DNA of 64,000 nucleotides, from the NCBI GenBank assembly GCA_046598045.1, contig JBKJJJ010000127.1, forward strand, positions 9,419 through 73,418, in the 5' to 3' direction. The translations under genes were made by a program, and so were the position numbers. How positions within the stretch are numbered: position 1 is the stretch's first letter; the number at the start of each line of letters is the position of its first letter. Shown one piece after another: positions 29,903-39,800 of this stretch. The notes beneath the pieces were generated by a model. The model was not told where the DNA came from. It saw nothing but the letters and a program-made list of their open reading frames with translations, and did not search any database. Origin of the DNA: Candidatus Eiseniibacteriota bacterium (lineage in GTDB: Bacteria; Eisenbacteria; RBG-16-71-46; DASYSL01).

Positions 29903-31639
29903 ATGCGTGTCCCTGCCTCACGGCGATCGAACCTGCTCGTTCCGTTCACCGCCGTGTTCCTGTTGTTCGCCGTCCCCCCCGCGCGGTCGGCCACGCGCCT
30001 CGACCCGGCTGTGCAGTACGCGAGCGACGTCGATACCCTGCTCGCCCGCGTGCGCGCGGGGCGTGGCGCCGAGGCGCTCGTCCTGTTGCGCCGCGCACTC
30101 CTTGTCTCGCCCGACGACTCCTACCTCTGGCACCTGAGGGGCGACCTCGCCGCCGACCAGCACGAGCCCGCGGAGGCGGCGTTCGCGTATCGCCAGGCGC
30201 TCGCGCTCGGATCCCAGACGCGCGCGGGGGTGGCCGAGGACCTGGCGCGCGCGCTGGCCAAGGGCGGCGAGCGTGACAGCGCACTCGCCTGGCTCGAGCG
30301 CTCGGTGGCGTGGGGCAACGAGCACCGGCCGGACCTGGCCGCCGACAGCGCGTTCACCTCCCTGTGGAAGGACCCGCGCTACCGCGCGGCGACGGGGCAG
30401 CTCCCCGACCGCAAGTTCACGCGCGACGAGGGCTGGCGCTATGACCTTGCGTATCTCGTGTCCGAGGTGAAGCGAATGCACTATCGCTATCGGGTCGAGC
30501 CACTTCCGCCCGGCTTCGAAGACGCCGTTCGGGACCTCGACCGGCGTATTCCCGGACTCCCCGACGGACAGGTCCTGCTCGCCATGCAGCGGCTGCTGGT
30601 GCGGATCGGGGACGGCCACAGCACGCTCTACCCGGTGAGCGACCGCACGGGCCCGTGGCCGGTGGTGCCGGTGCGCATGTACCTGTTCAGCGACGGCGCA
30701 TGGATCGTGGACGCCGACTCGTCGCACGTCGGCGCGATCGGCCAGCGCGCGACGGCGATGAACGGCGTGGCAATCGACCGGGTCCTCGCGCGCCTGACGG
30801 AGGTGGTGCCCCACGACAATCCGATGGGCGTCCTCTGGATGGGACCCCTGTTTCTGTCCATGCCCGATGTTCTTGTCCAGCTTGGCATTGGGAACGACTC
30901 CTCAAGCATCACTTTCGACCTGGTCGATCGCGCGGGGACCGCTTCGCGCCTGACGGTGAGCACGCCGACGACTGCGCACGGCGGCAATCCGCACACGCAC
31001 ATTCCGCGGCTCGGTCCGTCCCGCGCCCCGGGCGCGGGTCCCGTGCCGCGCTGGCTCGCGCACGCGGACGACGCCTACTGGTTTGGACCGCTCGAGGATT
31101 CGTCGATCGTCTACATGCAGTTCAACCAGGTGCAGAACGACCCGCGCGAGCGCCTGCGCGACTTCGCGAACCGGCTCACGGCGTATGTCACCGAGCACGA
31201 CACGCGCGACCTGATCGTCGACGTACGGCACAACAACGGCGGGAACGGGAACCTGAACGTGTTGCTCGAGCGCGCGCTCGTGCGCTTCGAAGGCGGACGA
31301 CCGGGGCGGCGTTTGTGGGTGATCGCGGGGCGTGGCACGTTCTCGGCGGCGCAGTCGTTCATCAACGACGTCGAGCGCCTGACCAACGCGACGTTCGCCG
31401 GCGAACCCAGCGGGTCACGTCCGAACTTCGTCGGCGAATCGACGTCGTTGCGGCTGCCGTGGAGCGGAGCCATCGGGAGCGTCTCGACGCGCTTCCACAG
31501 CTTCCGCGACGCGGATGAGCGATTGTGGATCGCGCCGCGCGTGCCCATTCCGCTCTCGTCGGCGGACTACTTCGCGAACCGCGACCCGGCGCTCGACGCG
31601 GTGGTCGCGGCGGCGAAGGCGCGGCGGCCGATCCCCTAG
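29903..31639 (+). CDS. Secreted S41-family (C-terminal processing / tricorn-core-like) serine peptidase with N-terminal TPR-like domain
   Basis: The start is the ATG at 29903 (MRVPASRRSNLLVPFTAVFLLFAVPPARSA). An N-terminal TPR-like helical region is followed by S41 blocks IVDVRHNNGGNGNL (compare DLRNNGGG) and GRGTFSAAQSF (Ser nucleophile context). It is convergent with the next gene and overlaps it by 4 nt. Confidence 0.7.
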   Translation: MRVPASRRSNLLVPFTAVFLLFAVPPARSATRLDPAVQYASDVDTLLARVRAGRGAEALVLLRRALLVSPDDSYLWHLRGDLAADQHEPAEAAFAYRQALALGSQTRAGVAEDLARALAKGGERDSALAWLERSVAWGNEHRPDLAADSAFTSLWKDPRYRAATGQLPDRKFTRDEGWRYDLAYLVSEVKRMHYRYRVEPLPPGFEDAVRDLDRRIPGLPDGQVLLAMQRLLVRIGDGHSTLYPVSDRTGPWPVVPVRMYLFSDGAWIVDADSSHVGAIGQRATAMNGVAIDRVLARLTEVVPHDNPMGVLWMGPLFLSMPDVLVQLGIGNDSSSITFDLVDRAGTASRLTVSTPTTAHGGNPHTHIPRLGPSRAPGAGPVPRWLAHADDAYWFGPLEDSSIVYMQFNQVQNDPRERLRDFANRLTAYVTEHDTRDLIVDVRHNNGGNGNLNVLLERALVRFEGGRPGRRLWVIAGRGTFSAAQSFINDVERLTNATFAGEPSGSRPNFVGESTSLRLPWSGAIGSVSTRFHSFRDADERLWIAPRVPIPLSSADYFANRDPALDAVVAAAKARRPIP

Positions 31640-32862
31640 AGCGCCTTCCGTGGCGGCAGCGCGAGGTTCGCGAACAGGAGCCCGGCGGCGAGCGCGCCCG
31701 CGACCGTGACCAGCGTGAACAGCAACTCCACCCCCGGGATCACCTGGCGCTCGACCAGCGAAGCGATGCTGCGCACGCCGAGCGTGCCCGGCACGAGCAT
31801 GAGCAGCGCGGGCACGACCGGCACGGCGGCCGGCCGGCGGGTGAGGCGCGCGTAGGCGTTGCCGAACAGGCCGGTGGCGAACGCGGCCGCGAGCATGCCG
31901 AGGTCGGGCCCGCCTATGGTCGAGCCGATGCGCGCGACGCCGTAGGCGACGGCGCCCGAGAACAGGATCACCCAGCCGTCCTTCGGGCGGGCGCGGAAGC
32001 CGATCGTGAGCGCGATCGGCGACAGCGCGAGCGCGAGCAGCTCCGTCCAGAACGGCAGGTGCTCCGTCGGCAGCGCGAGCACCTGCGCTCCGGCCAGGGG
32101 CGCGAAGCGCGCGCCGATCGCGAGCCCGAAGCCGATCGCGAGGAACGTCATCCCGGCGCCGGCGAGGCGCGCGGTGCCCGAAACCAGGTTCTTGGTCGCG
32201 AGCTCGGTGAGCGCGACCGTGAGCGCGAAACCGGGCACGAGCACGATCAGCCCGCTCACGGCCGCGACCGGCGCGGCCATCGGTCCGATCGCCCACGCCC
32301 ACGCGACCGCCGCGAGCCCGGCGGCGATCGACGCCAGCCAGTCGAACACGCGGGCCGCCGCGGCATTGCGCGCCGCGAGCTGGGCGAGCACGCCGGTCTG
32401 CAGCCCGATCGCCGCCGCCGAGACGATCTCGCGCGGGCCGCCGCCGAGGAAGCGCGCGACCGTCGCGGAGGCGAGCCCGAACGCCAGCACGGACAGCCAC
32501 GGCGGATAGCGGCCCGGCGTGGCCTCGATCGCGAGCAGCCGCGTGCGCGCGGCCGCCACGTCGAGCCGGCCCGTGCCGAGGGCGTCGATCAGCTCGTCGA
32601 GCTGGCTCATGCGTTCGAGGTTGACGGCCGCGGGCTCGACCCGCAGCAGCGCGGTGCGCGCCTCCTCGGGCGGGCCGAACGACGCCAGCAGCGAGGTCGG
32701 CGAGGAATACACCCGGGCCTCGAGGCCGAGCCGCGGCGAGAGCGCGCGGATCGCGTCCTCGAGGCGGTGGGCCGGTGCGCCCGCGACGTGAAGCGCGTGG
32801 CCGAGCGCGAGGACGAACGCCTCGGCCTCGCGTCGCTCGGCGCTGCCCGCTGGCGAATTCAT
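31636..32862 (-). CDS. ThrE-family threonine/serine exporter (fused DUF1212 + DUF3815 type)
   Basis: 408 aa. The N-terminal soluble part RLEDAIRALSPRLGLEARVYSSPTSLLASF is followed by about 10 TM segments. The RBS is GGAGGctccATG. Confidence 0.7.
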   Translation of the reverse strand: MNSPAGSAERREAEAFVLALGHALHVAGAPAHRLEDAIRALSPRLGLEARVYSSPTSLLASFGPPEEARTALLRVEPAAVNLERMSQLDELIDALGTGRLDVAAARTRLLAIEATPGRYPPWLSVLAFGLASATVARFLGGGPREIVSAAAIGLQTGVLAQLAARNAAAARVFDWLASIAAGLAAVAWAWAIGPMAAPVAAVSGLIVLVPGFALTVALTELATKNLVSGTARLAGAGMTFLAIGFGLAIGARFAPLAGAQVLALPTEHLPFWTELLALALSPIALTIGFRARPKDGWVILFSGAVAYGVARIGSTIGGPDLGMLAAAFATGLFGNAYARLTRRPAAVPVVPALLMLVPGTLGVRSIASLVERQVIPGVELLFTLVTVAGALAAGLLFANLALPPRKAL

Positions 32863-32881
32863 GGAGCCTCCAAAATCAAAA

Positions 32882-32908
32882 GGGCCGCGCCCGATCGGAC
32901 GCGGCCCT
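32882..32908 (-). terminator. Intrinsic-terminator-like hairpin on the minus strand immediately upstream of the thrE-like RBS (approximate coordinates)
   Basis: An 8-bp GC stem (gggccgcg / cgcggccc) is followed on the minus strand by CUUUUGAUUUUGG. The next bases are the GGAGG Shine-Dalgarno of the exporter gene. Confidence 0.45.
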
Positions 32909-32937
32909 GGTTCAGCTTCGGCTTTGGCCGCGCGGGC

Positions 32938-33069
32938 CTAGAAACCGGCCCGGGCTAGTCCTGCGGTCACCAATGCGAGCCCCAAGACGAGCCCGACGGT
33001 GAGCAGGATGGCGTAGGCGACCCGCGTCAACACGGGTCGCGTGGTTTCGGCCGATGGCGCGTGACGCAC
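32938..33069 (-). CDS. Small hydrophobic ORF (about 43 aa), possible leader or small membrane protein (coordinates +/-1)
   Basis: GGAGGtccccGTG gives VRHAPSAETTRPVLTRVAYAILLTVGLVLGLALVTAGLARAGF then a stop. It has a strong SD and one predicted TM helix. It is below the size cutoff of the ORF track. Confidence 0.35.
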   Translation of the reverse strand: MRHAPSAETTRPVLTRVAYAILLTVGLVLGLALVTAGLARAGF

Positions 33070-33175
33070 GGGGACCTCCTGTCACGTCTCGAGAGACACG
33101 GCTGGGGACTCATCCGAGAGTCCCTTACGGCGAACGCAGTCTCCACGCGAAGCGCCTGCGGGTCAAGCAGAACCG

Positions 33176-34135
33176 TCACGCAGCTTCGGCGCGCAGCCCG
33201 TCTTCGTCGTTGCGCGGCTCGACCGCTTCCATCGCGAGACGGATTTCCGTCGCCGAGCCCGCGATCCAGGATTCGAGCCCCGCGAGCCGTTCCGGCTTCG
33301 CCTCGCGCGCGATGCTCTCGAACAGAGCGGCCGCGCGGCTCGCGCCGAGGGTCTCGCACAGGCAGGAGAGGGCGTGCGCATGGATCTCGACCTGCGACGC
33401 GTCGCCCGCGCCGTACGCGAAGCGCAGGCGCGCGAGCGGCTGCTGCGTGCGCGCCACGAACGCGTCGGCGAGCATCGCGCGCAGCTCGGGATTGCCCATG
33501 CTCGAGGACTCGATCTTCGTGGCATCGAGCACCGGCAGTTCGCGCCAGGCATCGTTCGGGGCCCACGCCGGCTCGGGCTCGGGCACCCAGGCGGCAGGAT
33601 CCTCGTCCACCCACGCGACGGCCGACTCCATGGCCGGGGCGACCCCGAACGTGGACTCCATCTCGGGAACCGGCGCGACCTCGGCGACCAGCGAGGCGGG
33701 CGCCTCTTCGGGGTGGTGCACCCATTTTTCGACCGGGGCACACGTCAGTTCGAGGTCCATCGGCTTGCCCAGGAAATCGTCCCTGCCCGCGGACCGGCAG
33801 CGTTCCCGCTCGCCCTCGCGCACACGGCCGGTGAGCGCGATGAGCGGGGTGCGGTGACCGCCGCTTTCGGCGGAGCGAATCCACGTTGCGACTTGGGCGC
33901 CGTCGCTCCCGGTCGCGTCCTGCGAGTTTGGCTCGTCCATGAATCCTCCGAAGTGATGGGCCACGATGGATATCGGCCCCACCCCGGAAGACTTGAACCC
34001 CCCTGCGACCAGGGTGTGACTCCGTCCTTCGCCAGCCGCGGGACGATCGGCTTCGACCATCCTCGAAATCGGATACGATGCGAGCCATGCCCCCTCCGTC
34101 CGGACCCCCCCTGACTCCGCGTTTCGAGAACGCAT
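33176..34135 (-). CDS. Receiver-domain (degenerate) plus Hpt-domain phosphotransfer protein
   Basis: The receiver-like segment has FMD (Asp57 equivalent), PLIALTG (Thr87) and FLGKP (Lys109), but the N-terminal acidic pair is replaced by VEADRP. The C-terminal Hpt-like four-helix segment is AHALSCLCETLGASRAAALFESIARE. The start is uncertain (34135 or 34057). Confidence 0.5.
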   Translation of the reverse strand: MRSRNAESGGVRTEGAWLASYPISRMVEADRPAAGEGRSHTLVAGGFKSSGVGPISIVAHHFGGFMDEPNSQDATGSDGAQVATWIRSAESGGHRTPLIALTGRVREGERERCRSAGRDDFLGKPMDLELTCAPVEKWVHHPEEAPASLVAEVAPVPEMESTFGVAPAMESAVAWVDEDPAAWVPEPEPAWAPNDAWRELPVLDATKIESSSMGNPELRAMLADAFVARTQQPLARLRFAYGAGDASQVEIHAHALSCLCETLGASRAAALFESIAREAKPERLAGLESWIAGSATEIRLAMEAVEPRNDEDGLRAEAA

Positions 34136-35520
34136 CCGAGTGCCCCGCCGACCCGATTGCGCTGCTCGAGCCGGAGAGCTCCGAAGCAGCGGCCCCCGCG
34201 GAACCGGCCGGGCCGCCCGTCTCGACCGGCGACGTCTTCCGCACGTGGTGGCCGCTCGCCGCGAGCTGGCTCCTGATGGGGTTCGAGCTGCCGGTCGTGA
34301 GCGCGGTCATGGCCCGCCTGCCCATGCCGACGCTCTCGCTCGCCGCCTACGGCGGCGTTGTCTTTCCGCTCGCGCTCCTGATCGAGTCGCCGATCATCAT
34401 GCTGCTCTCGGCCTCGACCGCGCTGTCGAAGGACCTCGCCTCGCATCGCCTGGTGGGGCGCTTCATGTGGACGGCGGGACTCTCGTTCACCGCGCTCCAC
34501 GTGCTGGTCGCTTTCACCCCGCTCTACGACGTGGTCGTGGGCGGGCTGCTCGGCGCCCCCGAGGCGATTCGCGCGCCGGCGCGGCTCGGCCTCATGATCA
34601 TGACGCCGTGGACGATCGCGATCGCCTACCGGCGCTACTCGCAGGGGCTCCTGATCCGCTTCGGCCGCTCGAAACTGGTGGGCGTCGGGACCGCGGTGCG
34701 CCTCGCGACGAACGCGCTCGTGCTCACCGCCGGCGCGGCCCACGGCCGCCTGCCGGGCATCGCGGTCGGCACGATGGCGGTCGCGTCGGGCGTGGTCGCC
34801 GAGGCGATCTTCGCCGGGCTGTGCGCGCGGCCGGTGGAACGGGACCTGCTGCCGCTCGCGCCGCCGGTCGAGCCGCCGCTTACGCAGCAGCGCTTCCTCG
34901 CGTTCTACGTGCCGCTCATGCTCACGCCGCTGATCGCGTTCCTCGCGATGCCGCTGTCGAGTGCAGCGATCAGCCGCATGCCGCGCGCGCTCGACTCGCT
35001 CGCGGTGTGGCCGGCCCTGACCGGGCTCGTGTTCACCCTGCGCAGCGTGGGCTTCGCGCTCAACGAGGTCGTGGTCTCGATGCTCGAGCGCCCGGGTGCG
35101 CTGCCCGCGCTCCGGCGTTTCGCGTTCACGCTCGGCGCCGGCACGTCGGGCGCCCTGCTCGTGCTCGCGCTCACGCCGCTCGGCCGGCTGTGGTTCGGGC
35201 ACGTCGCGGGCCTGCCGCCGGCGCTGGTCGCGCTCGCCACGATCGGGCTCCTGTTCTCGATCCCCATGCCCGGCCTGTCGGCGATCCAGAGCCTGTTCCA
35301 GGGCGCGCTCGTCCACGCGCACAGGACGCGCGGGGTCACCGAGTCGGTCGCGATCCTGCTGCTCGTCACCGGCGCGACGCTGGTCTCGGGCGTCGTCTAT
35401 GGGCGCGTGGCCGGGCTGTATGTGGGGCTGGTCTCGTTCGTGCTCGGCAACGGGGCGCAGGCCGCGTGGTTGATGTGGCGCGCGAAGGCCCTGGACTCGC
35501 GGACGGAGGCGGCGGGATGA
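34078..35520 (+). CDS. Polytopic inner-membrane protein (about 12 TM), possibly MOP/MATE-superfamily transporter
   Basis: 480 aa of hydrophobic segments after a Pro/Ala-rich N-terminus. There is weak resemblance to MATE N-terminal helices. The start is uncertain. As drawn, 34078 overlaps the divergent gene start by about 58 nt, so a later start (for example the GTG near 34219) is possible. Confidence 0.45.
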   Translation: MRAMPPPSGPPLTPRFENASECPADPIALLEPESSEAAAPAEPAGPPVSTGDVFRTWWPLAASWLLMGFELPVVSAVMARLPMPTLSLAAYGGVVFPLALLIESPIIMLLSASTALSKDLASHRLVGRFMWTAGLSFTALHVLVAFTPLYDVVVGGLLGAPEAIRAPARLGLMIMTPWTIAIAYRRYSQGLLIRFGRSKLVGVGTAVRLATNALVLTAGAAHGRLPGIAVGTMAVASGVVAEAIFAGLCARPVERDLLPLAPPVEPPLTQQRFLAFYVPLMLTPLIAFLAMPLSSAAISRMPRALDSLAVWPALTGLVFTLRSVGFALNEVVVSMLERPGALPALRRFAFTLGAGTSGALLVLALTPLGRLWFGHVAGLPPALVALATIGLLFSIPMPGLSAIQSLFQGALVHAHRTRGVTESVAILLLVTGATLVSGVVYGRVAGLYVGLVSFVLGNGAQAAWLMWRAKALDSRTEAAG

Positions 35521-35676
35521 GCGCACGCTCTGCCGGGCGCCGGGCCGCCGTGCGCCGGGGCGCCGGGCCGCCTGGCCCCGGACGAATTCGCCTCTTGCGC
35601 CCGGGAGGGCGCTGGCGGACGATGACGCAGGTTTTACACCATGATGCGCATCAGCCCGTCTCACAGGAGGCCTTCC

Positions 35677-35931
35677 ATGTTCCAGCCAGGCGAGGAGAAG
35701 CCCGACTTCTCCGACGTAGAGTCCGGCGGATCCTCGACCGCGCCCAGCGCGAACCCCGTCCCGGCGGAATCCACGTACACCGTGGTTTCCGGGGACAGCC
35801 TGTCGAAGATCTCGAAGCATTTTTACGGCGACGCGAACCAGTGGCGCCGGATCTGGGAAGCGAACCAGGACCAGATCAAGAATCCGGATCTCATCCACCC
35901 CGGACAGGTCCTCAAGATTCCGCAGGCCTAG
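35677..35931 (+). CDS. Small LysM-domain protein
   Basis: The start is placed at the ATG at 35677 behind AGGAGG plus a 6-nt spacer. YTVVSGDSLSKISKHFYGDANQWRRIWEANQDQIKNPDLIHPGQVLKIP is a canonical LysM. Confidence 0.75.
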   Translation: MFQPGEEKPDFSDVESGGSSTAPSANPVPAESTYTVVSGDSLSKISKHFYGDANQWRRIWEANQDQIKNPDLIHPGQVLKIPQA

Positions 35932-35964
35932 AGCCCAGCGTTTCACCCCAGGGAGGGAAATCGC

Positions 35965-36414
35965 ATGCGTCGCCATGTTTCCGCCGGCCTTTTGGGCCTG
36001 GCCGCAGTTCTGTCGTTGATCGTGGTCGGTTGCCAGAAGAAGCCGGAGCCGCCCCCCGCCGCCGTCTCCACCACACCCGCACCCGCGCCCTTCAAGGTCA
36101 CCGGCATCGAACTCGGCAAGGCGCTGACGGCCGACAAGAAGATCGCCGCCACCATGGGAACGTTCGCCACGCGTGACACGATCTACGCCGTGATCGCGAG
36201 CGAGGGCACGTCGCAGAGCACGAAGGTCGGCGCGCGCTGGACGTTCCAGGACACGCTGGTCGTGGCCGAGGACTCGCAGGACCTCGCGCCGACAGGACCG
36301 GCCTGGACGGAGTTCCACATCCTCAAGCCGACGCGCTGGCCGAAGGGCAAGTACGCGGTCGAGGTCACGGTCGACGGCGCCCCGGCGGGCCGCAAGGAGT
36401 TCCAGATCCAGTAG
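35965..36414 (+). CDS. Small lipoprotein, unknown function
   Basis: MRRHVSAGLLGLAAVLSLIVVGC is a signal peptide with lipobox VVGC. The RBS is GGGAGGGAAATCGCATG. The mature part is a beta-rich 125 aa. Confidence 0.65.
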   Translation: MRRHVSAGLLGLAAVLSLIVVGCQKKPEPPPAAVSTTPAPAPFKVTGIELGKALTADKKIAATMGTFATRDTIYAVIASEGTSQSTKVGARWTFQDTLVVAEDSQDLAPTGPAWTEFHILKPTRWPKGKYAVEVTVDGAPAGRKEFQIQ

Positions 36415-36444
36415 TTCGCTCCTGGACCAAGGGGTCACACACCG

Positions 36445-36483
36445 AGGGCGCTCTCCTTTGAAGGAGGGCGCCTTCGTTCGTTG
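36445..36483 (+). terminator. Putative intrinsic terminator after the lipoprotein gene (approximate coordinates)
   Basis: An imperfect hairpin gggcgctctcc-tttgaa-ggagggcgcc is followed by ttcgttcgttg. Confidence 0.4.
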
Positions 36484-36504
36484 AAGGCAGAGCGGGCGGA
36501 GCCC

Positions 36505-36580
36505 ATGCAAGTTTTGCATTGCAGTCTTGTAAGAAATTTGGCTTACTCCGTACGTTTTTGCCGATAAGAGAATGGTTGCC
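36505..36580 (+). promoter_or_regulatory. AT-rich island with an inverted repeat in the 320-nt leader/intergenic region upstream of the giant gene; likely promoter/operator
   Basis: Local composition drops far below the 70% GC background (catgcaagttttgcattgcagtcttgtaagaaatttggcttactccgtacgtttttgccgataagagaatgg). It contains the inverted repeat TGCAAgtttTTGCA and TTGCAT / TAAGAAAT -35/-10-like hexamers. Confidence 0.35.
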
Positions 36581-36803
36581 GGACAAGGAGTCCGGGAGCC
36601 GCGACACCCCACGTGCGGGGGGTACGCAGCTGCAACCACGAACGGATTCGACACGCCCGTCTCTCGGACGGCCGCAGGATGCGCACACGCATCCTCCTGC
36701 CCCGGCCGTCCCGTGCCCCCCGTTCCACGCACCGACAACTGCTGGCCGTCCGGTCCCACTCGCTTCGTGGCGCCCCCCTGGGCGTTACCCTGGAGGTGAT
36801 GGC

Positions 36804-39800
36804 GTGATTTCGTCCGTGTACCGTCGTGCGCTCGTCCTGGTCCTCGGCCTGCTCGCCATCCCGGCGATCGCCTCCGCGCAATTCACGATCCAGCGCACCT
36901 CCTCGCCCATCTTCTACAACGACGTGGGCAACAGCCCGAGCCTGCGTTGCATGTACGCGTCCTACGAGGTCACGAACACGGGCGGGTCGACGATCGCGGA
37001 CGTGTGGGTCGACATCGGGAGCTTCACCGGTGGCGTCGTGGGCCGCGCGTCGAGCGAGGACGGCGTGGTCGAGCTCGGCGCGATGGCCCCCGGGCAGCGG
37101 AAGACGGCCTACTTCTATCTGCAGGCAAACACGACCACGGGCGTCGCGCAGGGTCACACCGTGCACGTCTACGCGAGCCGCCCTCCCGCCTCTGCGGCGC
37201 TCACGCAGTCGTACACGATCACGTCGGTCCAGAGCACGATTGCGGCCAACGCGAACAAGGTCACGACCGTGGTCAGCGGCCCGAACCCACCGCAGGTCGG
37301 CGGCATCGTGACCATCACCGTGTCCGGCCACACCGGGACGATCGGGTCTCCCCCGGTCCTGGCATTCTCGCCCGCCACCGACATCCTCTGGTCGGCTGCC
37401 GTGTTCGAGATGATCAGCACCCGGATCACGTTCTCGGGGAGCCCCAATGCGGGCGTCGTCACCGACAGCTTGATCGTCGCACCGGCCGACCCGGGGAACA
37501 CGGACTACGTGGCGGTCTACACCATGCGCGCCGCAGGCACGACCGTGGCCCCCACGGCCGTCACGCCGATCGGCTACTTCGCCAGCGGCGCCAACGTCAA
37601 GCACACCGACACCGGGAACTACGGCGGCTTCGCTCCGATCCCGCCGCCCGAGAGCAAGCTCACGCTCACCAAGTCCGCGACGCCGACCTACATCGTCGAC
37701 GGCGGCGTCTCGACCTACACGATCCACATCGTCAACAGCGGCTTCGCGGACGGAACGCTCGACGACATCAAAGATGTGCTCCCGGGCGCCTCGACGATCG
37801 TGCCCGGCAGCTCGACCTTCAACGGCCTGCCGATCGGCGACCCGTCGGTGGCGGGCCGGACCGCGTTCTGGTACGGCCCGTTCACGTTGCTGGCGAACTC
37901 CTCCCGCGACCTGATCTACCAGGCTTCGTTCCCGGCCACGGCCGGCACGTTCGTCAACCAGGCGCTCGCCCACGTGGGCTCGGCGATCATCGACACCACG
38001 CTCGCGCTGAGCGACAGCCTGCCGGGCAAGGCGCCGATCGTGGTCTACGTGCATAACGCGGACATCTCGATCACCAAGGGGGACGTGCCGGACCCGGTCG
38101 GCCCCGACTCGACTTTGACCTACACGCTCGTGGTCTCGAACGCCGGCCCGGACACCGCGTTCACCACCAGCGCGCTCGACACGCTGCCAGCCGGCGTGGC
38201 GTTCGTCAACGCCAGCGCGACCCAGGGCACGGCCTCGGAAGCCTCGGGGGTGGTCCAGGTCGCGATCGGCACGCTCGCCCCGGGCGCAAGCTCGACGATC
38301 ACGATCGTGGTCACGCCGAGCGCGGTCGGCACGCTGGTCAACACGGCACGCGCCACCAACGCGCGCGTCGACTACGTGCCCGGCAACAACACGGCCACCA
38401 CGACCACGACCGTCAGGCTGCCGCCGCTGCCCGACATGCAAATCATCAAACGCGCCGCGCCCGCGATGTTCACGGTGGGACAGACCGTGGCCTACATCCT
38501 GTCGCTGACCAACATCGGCACCGGCCCCACGGAGGGCGCGATCGCGGTCGTCGACACGCTTCCGGCCGGCCTGAGCTACGTCTCGGGCAGTGGCCCGGGC
38601 TGGAGCGTGAGCGAGAGCGGTGGCGTGGTCACCGCCACCAACCCCGGCCCGATCGCGCTCGGCGACAGCGCCCTGGTCACGATCCAGGCGACGGTGAGGG
38701 CGGCGGCCTTCCCGGGCGTGCTCAATCTCGCGCGCGTGACCACGTTCCGGGACTCGGACGCGGCCAACGACACCAGCTCGGTCGTGAACGCGGTGTTGGG
38801 CGCGCCCGACCTCCAACTTGCCAAGCGGCACGCGGGCGACTTCACGGTCGGCTCGCCGGGCCAGTACACGATCACGGTGACGAACGTCGGCAACCTGCCC
38901 ACGACCAGCACGATCACGGTCGTCGACACGCTGCCCTCGGGCCTCGGTTACATCGCCGCCGCCGGTGCGGGGTGGACCACGAACGAAACCTCCGGCATCG
39001 TCACTGCGACCTATGCGAGCCTGATTCTGCCGGGGGACAGCACCTCGTTCACCCTCGATGTCACGGTCGGCCCGGCGGCAGCGCCGTGGGCCGTCAACAC
39101 TGCGGTCTCGACGGTGACGGGCGACGTCGGCGCGGCCAATGATCGCGGCGTCGACTCGACGCGCGTGATCGGGTTCCCCGACGTGCAGATGATCAAGCGC
39201 GCCGTGGGCGCGCCGTTCACCGTCGGCGGCATCGCGACATGGACGCTGACGGCGACCAACGTCGGATCCGGCGCGACCACCGGGCCGATCACGATCACCG
39301 ATACGCTCGCGCCAGGGCTGACCTTCGGGTCTGCCGCCGGCACGGGCTTCAGCACCTCGTTCGCCGACCCGACAGTGACCGCGACCTACGCGGCCGCGCT
39401 CGCCCCCGGGGACAGCGCGACGGTGACGCTCACCGCCCGGGTCTCTGCCGCTGCGTCGCCCGCGGTCGCCAACACCGCGCTCGCGAACACGCCGGGCGAC
39501 ACCAGCGCCGCGAACGACTCGAGCACCGCGACGAGCGCGGTCAATGACGCGCCCGATGTCCGGCTCGCCAAGCGGCACGCCGGTGACTTCACCGTCGGCG
39601 TGAACGGCCAGTACGTCATCAAGGTCTACAACGAAGGCTCGGCTCCGACGACGGGTACGGTCACCGTGCTCGACACGCTGCCCTCCGGCCTCGGCTTCGT
39701 CGCCGGGACGGGCGCGGGCTGGACGGTGAACGAGGCGCTCGGCATCGTGACCGCGACCAATGCGGGGCCGATTGCCGCCGGCGACAGCGCGAGCTTCACG

